A DNA stretch of 64,000 bases from a bacterium (GTDB lineage: Bacteria; SAR324; NAC60-12), in assembly GCA_965205865.1 (NCBI GenBank), contig CBDBHR010000024.1, positions 96,001 to 160,000 on the forward strand, written 5' to 3'. The position numbers and the translations under genes are program-made. Of this stretch, positions 20,057-31,040 are shown piece by piece. Below the pieces are notes generated by a model. That model saw only the letters and a program-made list of their open reading frames with translations. It searched no databases and was not told the origin of the DNA. The first letter of the stretch is position 1. Every line of letters starts with the position of its first letter.

Positions 20057-20937
20057 TAGCTATAGATTCGATCAGGATCAGCGGGGTGAACCGCAAAATC
20101 CCAGACTGTAGAAAATGGTTCTACGGGAAAGGATAACTCTTCCCAGTTTTTACCGCCGTCTTCCGATCTGTAGGCTTGACCAGCAGACCCAGGAGGCCCG
20201 TCTCCACTTCCAAGAAAGAGTACCTCTGGTCTTCCTGGTTTTTGCTTCAAGCCCTTAATATATCCAAATTTCAATTTTTGCGTGAGGTTTTGAGGGACCC
20301 AGTTTTCTCCTTCCTCATTGAAAATGTTCAGGTCATTGTTACAAATAACCAAAACTTTTTTGTCATGTCCATTTTCAGGTATTATTCCCATACTGTGAAT
20401 GTCCGGTGATGAAATACCTTTCGTTAGATGTCTCCATGTCGCCCCGCAGTCGTCACTTCTGTACATACCGTCTATTTCGACGCCTGCCCAGACAGTAGAG
20501 GGTGAATCAGGATCGGCCATCAATGTCGTGACACGAGGGTGGTACATGTAATCACATTGTTCTGCCATCCCGACATTGAGACACTCCCAGGAATTTCCAC
20601 CATCAGTGGACCTGAACAACTCTCCGGGCCATGTACCCGCAAGAATTATTTTCGGGTTTTCAGGCAGGATGGCTTTTGACCAGATCTGACGGTCATCCAT
20701 CCCGCTTTCAAGGCGTATCCAATTTTCACCACAGTCTTCAGTACGGAAAAGACCATCGTTGGTTCCTGCATAAAGAACCCTGGGATCGTCAGGATGTACT
20801 AGCAGTGCGCGAACATCACAGTGAACGTTGAAGTTTTTGCCGTCACCCATATAAGTTTCCCAATTCACTCCCCCATTCTTACTCCGCCAAATACCATGGC
20901 CAATCGTTGCTAAAAATACTTTTGCATTGTTACTCAT
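20057..20937 (-). pseudogene. BNR/Asp-box beta-propeller protein, interrupted by IS
   Basis: Repeated S/TxDxGxxW Asp-boxes; ORF stops at the IS end. Confidence 0.85.
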
Positions 20938-21120
20938 ACAAATTCTCCATAAAAATTAAGATATATTAAACCTGAATTATTCACTGATGTTACCGTGAAG
21001 AAAACAATCTGACCTACTGAAATTATATAGTTTGTTATTTTTATTCGTCCTCCGGAGTGAAAGCATAAGTTTTCATGAAGGTTACGTGCACGATCTTTGC
21101 AGTTATGCGTCTCATCGAGT

Positions 21121-21494
21121 TGTCATTCCTGGCGAAGACCAGGAATCCACTTTGCTAGCAATCCAGAGTGACTAAAACGTTTCATATAAATCTATCCATT
21201 GAGGATTATTTTTCTCAATGAGTTCGATTTTCCAAGCTCGTTTCCATTTCTCGAGTTGTTTTTCTCTCCGGAGAGCAGCTGTTACCTCTGAAGCGGTCTC
21301 ATAGTATACCAATTGACGTACTTGGTATTTACTGGTAAATCCTTCTATGAGATTTTTTTATGTTCATAAACTCTTTTAAGAAGATCATTTGTCACTCAAA
21401 TATAGAGTACCATTTCTTTTACTTGCTAAGATATAAACGTAGTAGGTTTTCATGATGGCGACTCCTGGATTCCTGGTCTTCGCCAGGAATGACA
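21121..21494. repeat. Perfect 29-bp inverted repeat pair, each arm itself a hairpin
   Basis: TGTCATTCCTGGCGAAGACCAGGAATCCA (21121-21149) and its reverse complement (21466-21494). Confidence 0.9.
21172..21453 (-). pseudogene. GIY-YIG nuclease, frameshifted in the YIG motif
   Basis: MKTYYVYILASKRNGTLY / VTNDLLKRVYEHK...REKQLEKWKRAWKIELIEKNNPQWIDL; absent from the ORF track. Confidence 0.85.
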
Positions 21495-21936
21495 CACTTG
21501 TGGGGAAGCGTATTCATGGAAACCGCTGAATGCAAAAAATATACGCGTAACATGACTTATTCATCTTTTATATTGGGCTCAAATTCAATTCCTCGAGCTT
21601 TTACAGCATCCATAACTCCTTCAAAATTATTTTCTTTGATCTTCCATTCAACTCCTGAAATTTGTAATAGGTTCGAAACTTCAAGAAAGTGCGGCTCACT
21701 CCACCGCATTTGTGAGCGCTTCTTGGACTGCGAATTCCAAATTTGATCACCTCTTGCGGGTGGTCCCGGATCGGGAACCTGACCTCCGGGACTTCTTCCA
21801 GCAAGACGAGGGGGTTGATGAGCCCCGGGGCGGTTAGTTGGCCCTGCTTCATCTTACTCACTAACGCCACGATGATCGCGAAAACACTGGAAACGGCATT
21901 GGTGTTCAATAAATATTTCATGGAAGCCTGATGCTG

Positions 21937-22971
21937 TCAGAGTTTCGTCCAATCCAAGACCAGCAGCGGCTCCTCAAACTCCCGCCGCATGATGGCATGA
22001 TACAACTCGTTTGGGTTTTCGGGGGTTAGAGTGCGAACGACTCCTTCCAGGGGAATCTTACCCTGCTCCAACCATTTCAATGCGGTGGTAAAACCGGAAA
22101 AAATATCAAAGCGGGCATTGTTGTAGCGAGCATGCGGGTCTTCTACTAATTCCAGGGCCTGTGTATTCCCAGGAAATTCGTGGGAATACAGCGGTATTTC
22201 GTGTTCCCATCCGCTCCGCAATAAAACGATACGGTGAAATACGGCATGCAACACCTCTTGGGCATAAATATCGGAGAGGCGCCGCCAGGGGGTAGCAATC
22301 AGGACCACTTCCCCACGCATACGAACGACTTTGCAACCGTCGAGCACGGCTTGTTCATGCCCGGAGCAGTCGAGCACGAGAGCTACCTTGCCTGCGATGT
22401 TGGGATCGTTCAACGGCATTGTTTCGTAAGTCGGGGAGAGCCCTGTGGCAGCAGCCGTTTGCCGGCGACGAGCATCCGGTTCCACCACCGCCACTTGATA
22501 ACCGGAAATCCGAAACATATGGGCCGCTAAATATCCGACCGGACCAGTGCCACAGACGACCACCTGTTCACCGGGACGGGCAGCGGTCGTCATCAAAGTC
22601 GTCATGGGCACCCCCATCAGACGGGCGATTACGGCAGTTTCCGCACTCACGCCCTGAGGAACCGGCAGGGTCGCCCGGGCGTTGAGTTGCTGGGTGCTGC
22701 CGTGCCGGCCCATGCAGAAAAGCCGATCCCCCGGTTTGATCCCCTCGACCTCCGAACCACATGCTTCCACCTCGATTACTGCCGCATAACCCGGACGGAT
22801 TGGATATTTGATATTCTGAAGATCTCCCCTGAAAACGGCGGTCTCGGTCCCAAGACTAATGAGGGATGTCAGGGTACGCCCTCGCACATGGTGGTTTGGC
22901 AAGGGGGGATCTTCATAGGATTGCAACTCTGCCTGTTCTTTGGCAGTAAAAACAAAACCAACATTTGACAT
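21937..22971 (-). CDS. Medium-chain dehydrogenase/reductase family protein
   Basis: SLISLGTE, PGY and GTGPVG nucleotide-binding motifs. Confidence 0.8.
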   Translation of the reverse strand: MSNVGFVFTAKEQAELQSYEDPPLPNHHVRGRTLTSLISLGTETAVFRGDLQNIKYPIRPGYAAVIEVEACGSEVEGIKPGDRLFCMGRHGSTQQLNARATLPVPQGVSAETAVIARLMGVPMTTLMTTAARPGEQVVVCGTGPVGYLAAHMFRISGYQVAVVEPDARRRQTAAATGLSPTYETMPLNDPNIAGKVALVLDCSGHEQAVLDGCKVVRMRGEVVLIATPWRRLSDIYAQEVLHAVFHRIVLLRSGWEHEIPLYSHEFPGNTQALELVEDPHARYNNARFDIFSGFTTALKWLEQGKIPLEGVVRTLTPENPNELYHAIMRREFEEPLLVLDWTKL

Positions 22972-23231
22972 AGTGGCCTCTTACATGGAAATAGCTGTTA
23001 CAGCTTTTTTTGTTCGTTCAATATTCCCCCAAGGGGGTAGATAATATCACAAGACGGACGACACCTGCACCTGCCATCTTCAGGCATGAATGGTCTTCTG
23101 TTATCAATGGGTCAACATTGACAAATCCTTTGACTTGATGCTGGTAGACCTGATGTTCACTTAAAAAAGGGTTGACTTTGTTCATGAAGATTTTCTTTTT
23201 TTTGTCTGTTTCTTGGTAATAGACCCAGATA

Positions 23232-24287
23232 TTAATCGAAATAAGGGTCAATTTTAACCCAGCTTTGTTTTGCGGCGCCTTGGTAAATTGCTTCCATTAC
23301 ATAGCTTCCATATGCGGCTTCTTTGACGCTTACAAGATGTTTGGGTTGGTTGCTGACAACTGCATCCAGAAACAGATCAAGGGGCAAGGGCAATGTATCG
23401 GGAAGATCGGTCCAAGGTTCCTTCCCTGAGGCGCCAGGAATACTTTCCATCAGCAGGTAAAGGTCGTCTTCTGAATCTGAAGTGTTTGCCGGCATACCTG
23501 GCAAGCACCTCATTTGGGCATGACCTTCGGTACCACTTATAATCAGCGACGTAGGTTGTAAAATATCTATCCAGCTTGCAGAGATGCTTGCCAGGGTGCC
23601 GTTGTTAAAACGGAGCAAGGCCTCGCCACACTCTTCACATCCGGGATACTTTTGAATCGGCTGCGTAAAGGTGGCCGTAACTGCTTCCAACTTTGCAAGA
23701 TCTTGCATGAACCAGAGCAAAAGGTCTAGTAAGTGAGTGCCAAGATCTCCAAATGCCCCCATTCCTGACAGAGTCAGGTCAGTCATCCAGAGCCAATCCG
23801 AATAAAATATGTCATTGAATATTGCAGTAGTCCCAAAATCCAGACGAATCCTACTGATTTTCCCAAACCGATTTTCACTCAGAAGTTGTTTTATGAATCG
23901 ATGAGGAGCAAGACCCCGCTTAAAGTATCCGGTTTGAAAAATCACTCCCGCTGATTCCAGAGCCTGTTTAATTTTCGTTGCATCAGACAAGCCAATTCCC
24001 AATGGTTTCTCAATGAAACAATGTTTTTTTGATTCTGCTATCCGCAGGGCCAGTGATTCATGTCGACTGGTCTGAGACAATACAACTACAGCATCTATAT
24101 CCGGAATTTTAAGAATTGAAGAAACTTCGGTCATCGACCTACAATGAAACTTACTGGCATACTTTTGCGCAATTGCAGGATCAGGATCCCAGACGGCTTC
24201 TACTTCCACATCGTGCCGATTCATCAACATATCTGAAAAACCAGGCGTGTGGATATGAGTTGAACCTAATAAAGCAATTTTTTTCAT
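23232..24287 (-). CDS. Gfo/Idh/MocA family oxidoreductase
   Basis: FIEKP and GAFGDLGTHLLD motifs. Confidence 0.88.
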   Translation of the reverse strand: MKKIALLGSTHIHTPGFSDMLMNRHDVEVEAVWDPDPAIAQKYASKFHCRSMTEVSSILKIPDIDAVVVLSQTSRHESLALRIAESKKHCFIEKPLGIGLSDATKIKQALESAGVIFQTGYFKRGLAPHRFIKQLLSENRFGKISRIRLDFGTTAIFNDIFYSDWLWMTDLTLSGMGAFGDLGTHLLDLLLWFMQDLAKLEAVTATFTQPIQKYPGCEECGEALLRFNNGTLASISASWIDILQPTSLIISGTEGHAQMRCLPGMPANTSDSEDDLYLLMESIPGASGKEPWTDLPDTLPLPLDLFLDAVVSNQPKHLVSVKEAAYGSYVMEAIYQGAAKQSWVKIDPYFD

Positions 24288-24394
24288 ATTTTAAAGTTTC
24301 TGTTAAGAATTATTTTAATCTTCTGATAAAAACATAATATTCGAAGCATTGGTGTTCGGGATTTAATTTATTAAATTCTTATCTCGAACTCGGG

Positions 24395-24721
24395 TTAGAC
24401 AGCTTTTTCCAGCATCTCTGTCGCCCACTGATTGATGCTTTTATCACTGACTTTAGCCGCTATCGCTACTGAGGCATGGAGTTTTGGTGAAATACGTAAT
24501 GTGAGCTTGCCCGAAAAAGGTTTTTGTGGAGCGCGTCCCAACTTCTTGCATGTTTCTAAATAATCATCCACTGCATCTTCAAATGCCATACGCAAATCAG
24601 CAACGGATTCTCCATGAAAACCTATAACATCGCGGATATTGGCAATATGACCAATAAAGCATTGATCCTCATGGCTATACTCAATTCGGGCTGTAAACTC
24701 TTTATAAGTCATAGTATTCAT
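24395..24721 (-). CDS. hicB: HicB family antitoxin
   Basis: MTYKEF.A.IEY, AFEDAVDDYL and KPFSGKLTLRISPKLH motifs. Confidence 0.92.
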   Translation of the reverse strand: MNTMTYKEFTARIEYSHEDQCFIGHIANIRDVIGFHGESVADLRMAFEDAVDDYLETCKKLGRAPQKPFSGKLTLRISPKLHASVAIAAKVSDKSINQWATEMLEKAV

Positions 24722-24972
24722 ATTTTTTCTCCTGCTTGCTCTAAAAAACTGCGAGCATCGCGAACTTGATATGGCTCAGCTTCTTTATGGGGATGAGGAC
24801 GATGAAAAGTGGCTACAATGTCATTCAATTCAAATCTTACCCTCGATCCTCTTCCCTCGATAGTTTGGGCTCCAAGAGCAATAAATAATGCCTCGATGCG
24901 AGACCATTCTAAAGTATTGGGGGTTGGATCGCTAAAGATGGTAGTCGAGGTTTTGAGATGTTTATTGTTCAT
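24718..24972 (-). CDS. hicA: HicA family toxin
   Basis: EGRGSRVRF and FHRPHP motifs; ATGA overlap with hicB. Confidence 0.9.
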   Translation of the reverse strand: MNNKHLKTSTTIFSDPTPNTLEWSRIEALFIALGAQTIEGRGSRVRFELNDIVATFHRPHPHKEAEPYQVRDARSFLEQAGEKI

Positions 24973-25024
24973 AATGAGAATGACATCATAATATGCCGCC
25001 ACTTACAAGTCTATTGTAATGGAT

Positions 25025-25147
25025 GCCGAACGCGGAAATAACCGGACCGCTTTACACATAAATCGAAAAAAATTCTTATATCAAAAATGCCTCTGAATCG
25101 AAGCAAAACGCTCTATGTCAAGGCTCCGGATTATTGATTTGCCTGTG
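25025..25147 (+). other. Degenerate attC-like site
   Basis: GCCGAAC...AATAACCGGA...TCCGGATTATTGATTTG stem; GCCGAAC matches GTTCGGG at 24354 at 6 of 7 positions. Confidence 0.45.
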
Positions 25148-25454
25148 CCCGGCCTGGGCGGTACGCAAAACTTTACTATCTTCGCCCGCCTCCGGATCGA
25201 CCAGGAGCTGAAGAAGGAGATGGGGCATTAGACCATTCTTCCAAACCAGCCCTTTGAGAGGTTTTCAGGCCGGCGGGCGGTGCCTTTATAACACCCGCCG
25301 TTTCTTGATATACATAATATCTTCGAGATGGAGGGCTCCTTCGGCGCCCTCTATCTTTCTCAAATTCGGGAGTCAGCGTCTCCCGATTATCTGACAACGT
25401 GAGGGTAATTATTTTCCCCAGGTCCAGGATGCTCTCTCAAAGTGGGAGCGATCC

Positions 25455-25542
25455 TCAGGAGTTAATCAAGAATCTTTCTTTCAGTCATTTTGCGGAACTG
25501 ATTGCCATTGAGGATGATACAAAACGAGCATTTTACGAATGA
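25455..25542 (+). pseudogene. DUF1016/YhcG fragment
   Basis: Translates ELIKNLSFSHFAELIAIEDDTKRAFYE*. Confidence 0.55.
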
Positions 25543-25735
25543 ATGCTATTGTTCGACCTCACTTTAATTCAATCTTGCAAGTATACCGCAGAAGTTTCAA
25601 ATGCCTCCTCGGGTGTTCCCTGAAAACTACCATTGTTGAAAAAACGGGGCTCATACTTTTCAAGACCGTATGTGTAAAAAGCCATCGACCAACGATTTTG
25701 ATCTTCTACTTTTGGTCGAACCATTGATTATCCGG

Positions 25736-25850
25736 CTAATGTATAAGTTGATCGTATTCTGTATGCGTACCGGTCCAAAACCAGATTCGCCCTTCTTCCT
25801 TTTCTACTGCCTCAGTTCGATACTTTCCGCAGGCGTGGCATCGGAGAGAG
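25736..25850 (-). pseudogene. RelE/ParE-like toxin C-terminal fragment
   Basis: YR...WFWTGTHTEYDQLI motif. Confidence 0.5.
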
Positions 25851-25959
25851 AAATTCGGTTGTCTTCTGAGTGCTTCTGAAAAGGGTTGAGTTTGGGGAAA
25901 TGCTACTCTATAATTTGGCTTGATCAATTGGCCTTTCTTTACACGCTTTTCCCGTAGAG

Positions 25960-26718
25960 ATGTCTATGCTGGCTCCTCATAAACACCCAGTTTATTATCC
26001 CGAATCCGATGGTAAACCGATGGCTGAAACCGATGTGCATCGCAACTTGATCATCAAAATGGTGGATTTGTTGCAAGAAGCCTATCCGGAGGCTTATGTT
26101 TCCGGAAATATCTGTTTGTACTATGAAGAAGGCAATCCCAAAAAGATGATTTCCCCGGATGCGCTCCTGTGCAGTTCCCAACCCCCCGGTGAAAAACGCG
26201 TCTATTTAGCCTGGGAGGAGGAGGCTCCCTTGGATTTGGTGATGGAGTTCAGTTCTCGCTCCACCCATCGGGAAGACCATCATAAAAAGAAACGGATTTA
26301 TGAACATCTCCTCAAAGTGCCCTATTATGTCATTTTCAATCCCCATGTCGTCTATTTGAATGTTTTTGCCTTGGAAGCCGGTGAGTACCGTCTTCTGGAG
26401 ACCGATGAACACGGCTGTTTCCTGTTGGAGACCTTAGACCTTCAGGTGGCCATTGAACACTCCAATTCCCTGAGATTGTTTGATGGGAAAGGTCGACCGG
26501 TTTTGACGAGGGCGGAGAGAGAAGCCAAACGAGCCGATCAAGAAGCCAAACGAGCCGATCAAGAAGCCAAACGAGCCGATCAAGAAGCCAAACGAGCCGA
26601 ACAGGCGATTATCGAAAAAGAGGAGGAAAAAAGTCAAAAGGAAGGGGCCTTGGCGGAACAGAAACGACTGCGGGTCTTGCTCAAATCCGCAGGGATTGAT
26701 CCGGATACGGAACATTAA
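25960..26718 (+). CDS. Uma2 family PD-(D/E)xK nuclease with coiled-coil tail
   Basis: YPESDGKPMAE, ISPD and MEFSSRST.RED motifs. Confidence 0.88.
   Translation: MSMLAPHKHPVYYPESDGKPMAETDVHRNLIIKMVDLLQEAYPEAYVSGNICLYYEEGNPKKMISPDALLCSSQPPGEKRVYLAWEEEAPLDLVMEFSSRSTHREDHHKKKRIYEHLLKVPYYVIFNPHVVYLNVFALEAGEYRLLETDEHGCFLLETLDLQVAIEHSNSLRLFDGKGRPVLTRAEREAKRADQEAKRADQEAKRADQEAKRAEQAIIEKEEEKSQKEGALAEQKRLRVLLKSAGIDPDTEH
26521..26600 (+). repeat. 21-bp coding tandem repeat (EAKRADQ), about 3.8 copies
   Basis: GAAGCCAAACGAGCCGATCAA x3 plus a partial copy. Confidence 0.95.
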
Positions 26719-27499
26719 CCCTACCAATGTCAGGGCATCAACCATACTACGTAAATGTAGCAAGATGCTCAACATAATACTGCCAATACCGCTCAACAAA
26801 ATATGATCGAATAGAGATGGAAATGAAGAAAAAACAAAACAGCGAGATCCTGCGCTTGAAAAAACAAATTCTTCCGGAGCGTGGGAAACGGCAAAAAACG
26901 CAATCACTTCCCCAGCCGCAAGCAGTCGACCCCCATTAAAAATCTGCTCAACGATCTTTCTCAATCAGTTTCGAGATGAAAGTTCAGCCCGGTTTCCAGA
27001 TTGAACCGTGTTTGGACAAAACAACATATGGAGGGCTTTGCTGAGTTTTAGAGCTTGATATAACCGGAACAATCCGTTTACTGTACAAAAGCGTTTCGGG
27101 CAATTCAATAAAGCAATACCAAAAAAGCGAAACCTGGCTCCGGAGCCGGACCACAAGACATAGTTGAAAATCGCGGTGTTGCTGAAGAAGAGGACAAAAT
27201 CTATTTTCCAGGCTGGCGAGACCAATTTCATGAAAACAAAAGCTTTACCTGGCTGTGAAGCAAATAACAGTTGCTCTGAAAAAACATAAGCAGTTGCCGG
27301 ACGGACAATCCTACTGAAACAAAGAGGTTTGGTCTGCCAGAATAAAAATCGCCTATCACAATAGCGTCGACCCCGGCAGCATAAAGCTGCCTTTCACGCG
27401 AAACGTTGGCTCTATGGTACGAGTAAATCGAAATAAACTGGCTATGACTTCATTTGTAATGGGCGTAGCGGCACATACAAAGGGGAATTCGGACCAGGA

Positions 27500-28129
27500 A
27501 TGACTAACGACAAATACTGCATGTCTTTTACAACGGGCGGTCTGTTTCACCATGAGTCGCTGAATCTGGCAGTGCTCTATCTGGACATCGAGGACTGGAA
27601 TACCGTACGACAAAAGGTCATGGCTGAAAACCTTTTGCAGGCCCGGACACTGAACACCTCGAGGCGAGTTTGTCGCGAAATTATTTCCCGTCTGAAAACC
27701 CTCGACGCCGGTGAACTGGACTTGCTCGTGGCAAGCAATCCCCGGGAGCAGGGTTACCTCTTATGGCTCGCCGTCTGTCGTCGGTACAGGTTTATCGCTG
27801 ATTTCGCCGTCGAAGTCATGCGAGAGCGTTTCATCACTTTGAAAACCGATTTAAATTACGCGGACTTCGATGCTTTTTTCAACCGGAAATCGGAGTGGTA
27901 TGCTGAATTGGACCAACTCCGGTCAACAACCAGAAACAAGCTGCGGCAGGTGCTGTTCAAAATGCTCCGCGAAGCAGATCTCCTGACGGCAAACAACATG
28001 ATTAAGGCGACCATGCTCAGCCCCGGGCTTGTGGAGGTGATATCTCATGGCAACCGCCGGGATGTTTTTTTCTTCCCTGCTTTTGAATCGGCCTTTGTCT
28101 CGAACAAGAACAGGAAAATGGCAGAATGA
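27500..28129 (+). CDS. brxA: BREX protein BrxA (DUF1819)
   Basis: YCMSFTTGGL, NLLQART and KLRQVLFKMLREA motifs; operon context. Confidence 0.9.
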   Translation: MTNDKYCMSFTTGGLFHHESLNLAVLYLDIEDWNTVRQKVMAENLLQARTLNTSRRVCREIISRLKTLDAGELDLLVASNPREQGYLLWLAVCRRYRFIADFAVEVMRERFITLKTDLNYADFDAFFNRKSEWYAELDQLRSTTRNKLRQVLFKMLREADLLTANNMIKATMLSPGLVEVISHGNRRDVFFFPAFESAFVSNKNRKMAE

Positions 28130-28737
28130 AAACAGACATTGCAACAATGTCGCTGGCGGATAGGTTCGAGCATCTTTTCATTGTGATCTCATCACTGCGC
28201 TTTCGTCGGAAGCAAGGTCTCGGTAACGAAGTGCCGTTCTTCATTTGTCCCTTCAAACCGCAAGAGGCGGTTGAAATGGAGCGAAGCCAGCGCATTTTGA
28301 TCAACCGCTTGGAAAAAGCCGGTGTGTCAATCCTGGCGATCAACCTGTACAATCTTTCCATAAAAATCCTGCGAGACCGAGGTATTTGGGAACAGATTCT
28401 TGAAATGGAAAAAACAGTTTCCAAGGAGCAGTTCAAAGAGTTGCTGCAGGGTGTACTGGACCCGGAAGCACATCTTATACCGGCCATCGCGGACAAATTG
28501 GCAAGCACTGATTTCGAAGTTCTTTTTCTTTCCGGCGTTGGCGAAGCGTACCCCTGCATTCGCTCCCACAACGTATTGAGTAACCTGCAGAGTACTGCGA
28601 AAGAGAAACCGACCATCTTGTTTTTCCCGGGCGCCTATACTTACTCCAGGGAATCGGGAGCCTCGCTCGACATCTTCGGACGACTTCACGAAGACAGGTA
28701 TTACCGGGCGTTCAATATCTTTCACTGCGAAGTATAA
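28126..28737 (+). CDS. brxB: BREX protein BrxB (DUF1788)
   Basis: GLGNEVPFFI, IRSHNVL, FFPG.Y and YYRAFN motifs. Confidence 0.92.
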   Translation: MKTDIATMSLADRFEHLFIVISSLRFRRKQGLGNEVPFFICPFKPQEAVEMERSQRILINRLEKAGVSILAINLYNLSIKILRDRGIWEQILEMEKTVSKEQFKELLQGVLDPEAHLIPAIADKLASTDFEVLFLSGVGEAYPCIRSHNVLSNLQSTAKEKPTILFFPGAYTYSRESGASLDIFGRLHEDRYYRAFNIFHCEV

Positions 28738-28748
28738 ACAAGGAAAAC

Positions 28749-31006
28749 GTGATGACTCTCAAGACCATTTTCAATAAGCCGGTTGACCGTCCGATAGAAG
28801 GGGTCATCAAGGCCGATGATGCGGCGAGCCTGCATCTTGAAGTGGAAGAATACGTACTCACTAACGAAGTGGCAAAGTGTCTGGAAGCCTTTCTGCATGC
28901 CTACAACAATTATGCAGGGGCCAATGGCGTCTGGATATCCGGCTTTTTCGGTTCCGGCAAGTCGTATCTGCTGAAGATGTTGGCGCTGCTGCTGGAAAAC
29001 CGCCAGATCGACGGCGTCGCGGCATTCGACCTGTTCCTGCCCAAATGTGCTGATAACGAATTTCTTCGAGCCGATCTCGAGCGGGCAGTCGGCATCCCCG
29101 CCAAGAGTATTCTGTTCAATATCGATCAAAAAGCCGACATTATCAGCAAAACCCAGATCGACGCCTTGCTTGCTGTTTTCGTCAAGGTCTTTGACGATAT
29201 ATGCGGCTACTATGGTAAGCAGGGACACATCGCTCAGTTCGAACGAGACCTGGAAAGCCGGGGACTCTATACAGGGTTCAAGACCAACTACGAATCCATC
29301 GCGGGACGGACCTGGCAGGAAGGTCGCGAACAGGGGCTGCTGGAAACCGGCAATATTGCCAAAGCCTATGCGCAAACAACCGGTGACAACGAAACTCCAG
29401 CCATGGGCATACTCGAAAAGTACCGCAGTGAGTACCGGGTCTCCATCGAAGACTTTGCAGAGCAGGCGCATGCCTATATCGAAAAGCAGTCACCCGATTT
29501 CCGTCTGAATTTTTTTGTCGACGAGGTGGGCCAGTACATCGCCGGAAACGTCAAGCTCATGACCAATATGCAGACCATTGCCGAGAGTCTGGCCACCCGC
29601 TGCCGAGGCCGCGCCTGGGTCATGGTGACCGCTCAGGAGGATATGGAAATGGTCGTGGGTGATATGGGCAAACAGCAGGGTAACGACTTTTCCAAGATCC
29701 AGGCCCGGTTTGCCAACCGCATGAAATTGACCAGCGCTGATGTGGCGGAAGTGATTCAAGAACGCCTGCTGAAGAAGAATGATGCTGCTGAAGGACCACT
29801 GTCAGAAATCCATAAAACCCAAACGAACAACTTCAAGACCCTGTTCGACTTTGCGGATGGCTCCCAGACCTATCGCAACTTCCGGGACCAGGATCATTTT
29901 ATCCGGTTTTATCCGTTCATTCCTTATCAATTCTCGCTGTTCCAGTCTGCCATTCAGAACCTGTCGCTGCACGAAGCTTTCGAGGGTAAACACAGTTCCG
30001 TGGGTGAACGCTCCATGCTGGGCGTATTCCAGCAGGTTACCATTCAGATCTGCGACCATGAAATTGGCCAACTCGCCACCTTTGACCTGATGTTCGAGGG
30101 TATTCGGACTGCGCTGAAATCCGGCATTCAGCGGGCTATCATCCAGGCCGAAAACCATCTCGACAATCCCTTTGCTCTGCGTCTGCTGAAAACGTTGTTT
30201 CTGGTCAAATACGTGAAGGAGTTCAAAGCGACGCTCCGTAACCTTCGCATCCTGATGCTGGACGGCTTTGACCAGGATATTCCCAGTCTGAGCGAACAGG
30301 TTCAGGAGGCGCTTAATCTGCTGGAACAACAGACCTGTATACAGCGTAACGGTGATTCCTACGACTATCTCACCAACGAAGAGAAATACGTCGAGCAAGA
30401 GATCAAAAACACCGAGGTGGAAAATGCTGTTGTTGCTGACGAACTGGCAGAAATCGTATTCGACCATGTAATCAAACACAAAAAAATCCGTTGCGAAGGC
30501 CCGCCATACAACGGGCAGGATTATCACTATTCAAGGAAACTCGATGACCGTCTGCTTGGACGGGAACAGGAGCTTGCCATCCACGTTGTCAGCCCCTTCA
30601 ATGAGAATATCGATAACGAGCATAATTTACGGATGCATAGTCTGGGAAGGAATGAGTTGTTGGTGTTGATGCCGCCTGATGACCGTCTGGTGCGCGACCT
30701 ACTGACGTACAAGAGGACCGAGAAGTACATCCAACAGAATATTTCTATTACTCAGCAAGATACAGTCAAACGTATCCTGAGCCACAAGGGATTCTATAAT
30801 CGGCAACGCCATGGAGAGTTGCAGCAGCAGGTAAGCAATCTTCTGAGAAGTGCCGGATTGTTTGTGGCTGGCAGCAAAGTGGACATCGGCAACGGGGATG
30901 CGCAAACCCGTATCATTGACGGCTTTCAAGATCTCGTCACACGGGCCTACCCGAACCTGCAGATGCTACGCGGCATTGCCTACGTTGAAGATGATATCGA
31001 TAAATA
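28749..31006 (+). pseudogene. brxC: BREX P-loop ATPase BrxC, truncated by a transposon
   Basis: RPIEGVIKAD, WISGFFGSGKS and VDEVGQY motifs; native sequence ends after ~750 codons at the element end. Confidence 0.9.
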
Positions 31007-31040
31007 CATGACTTTCGGATATTTATAAATAAATTAGTGT

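Noticed and set aside
21601-21921. PIN toxin gene (starts MKYLLNTNAVS)
   Set aside because: Only the first ~12 residues resemble PIN; the rest is unsupported.
26521-26600. CRISPR or iteron array
   Set aside because: Spacerless in-frame coding repeat.
26720-27490. brxR/WYL regulator or other gene upstream of brxA
   Set aside because: No convincing ORF or motif recognised.
27500-31028. Novel minimal three-gene BREX variant
   Set aside because: brxC is truncated at a transposon end; its last residues (MTFGYL) come from the IR.
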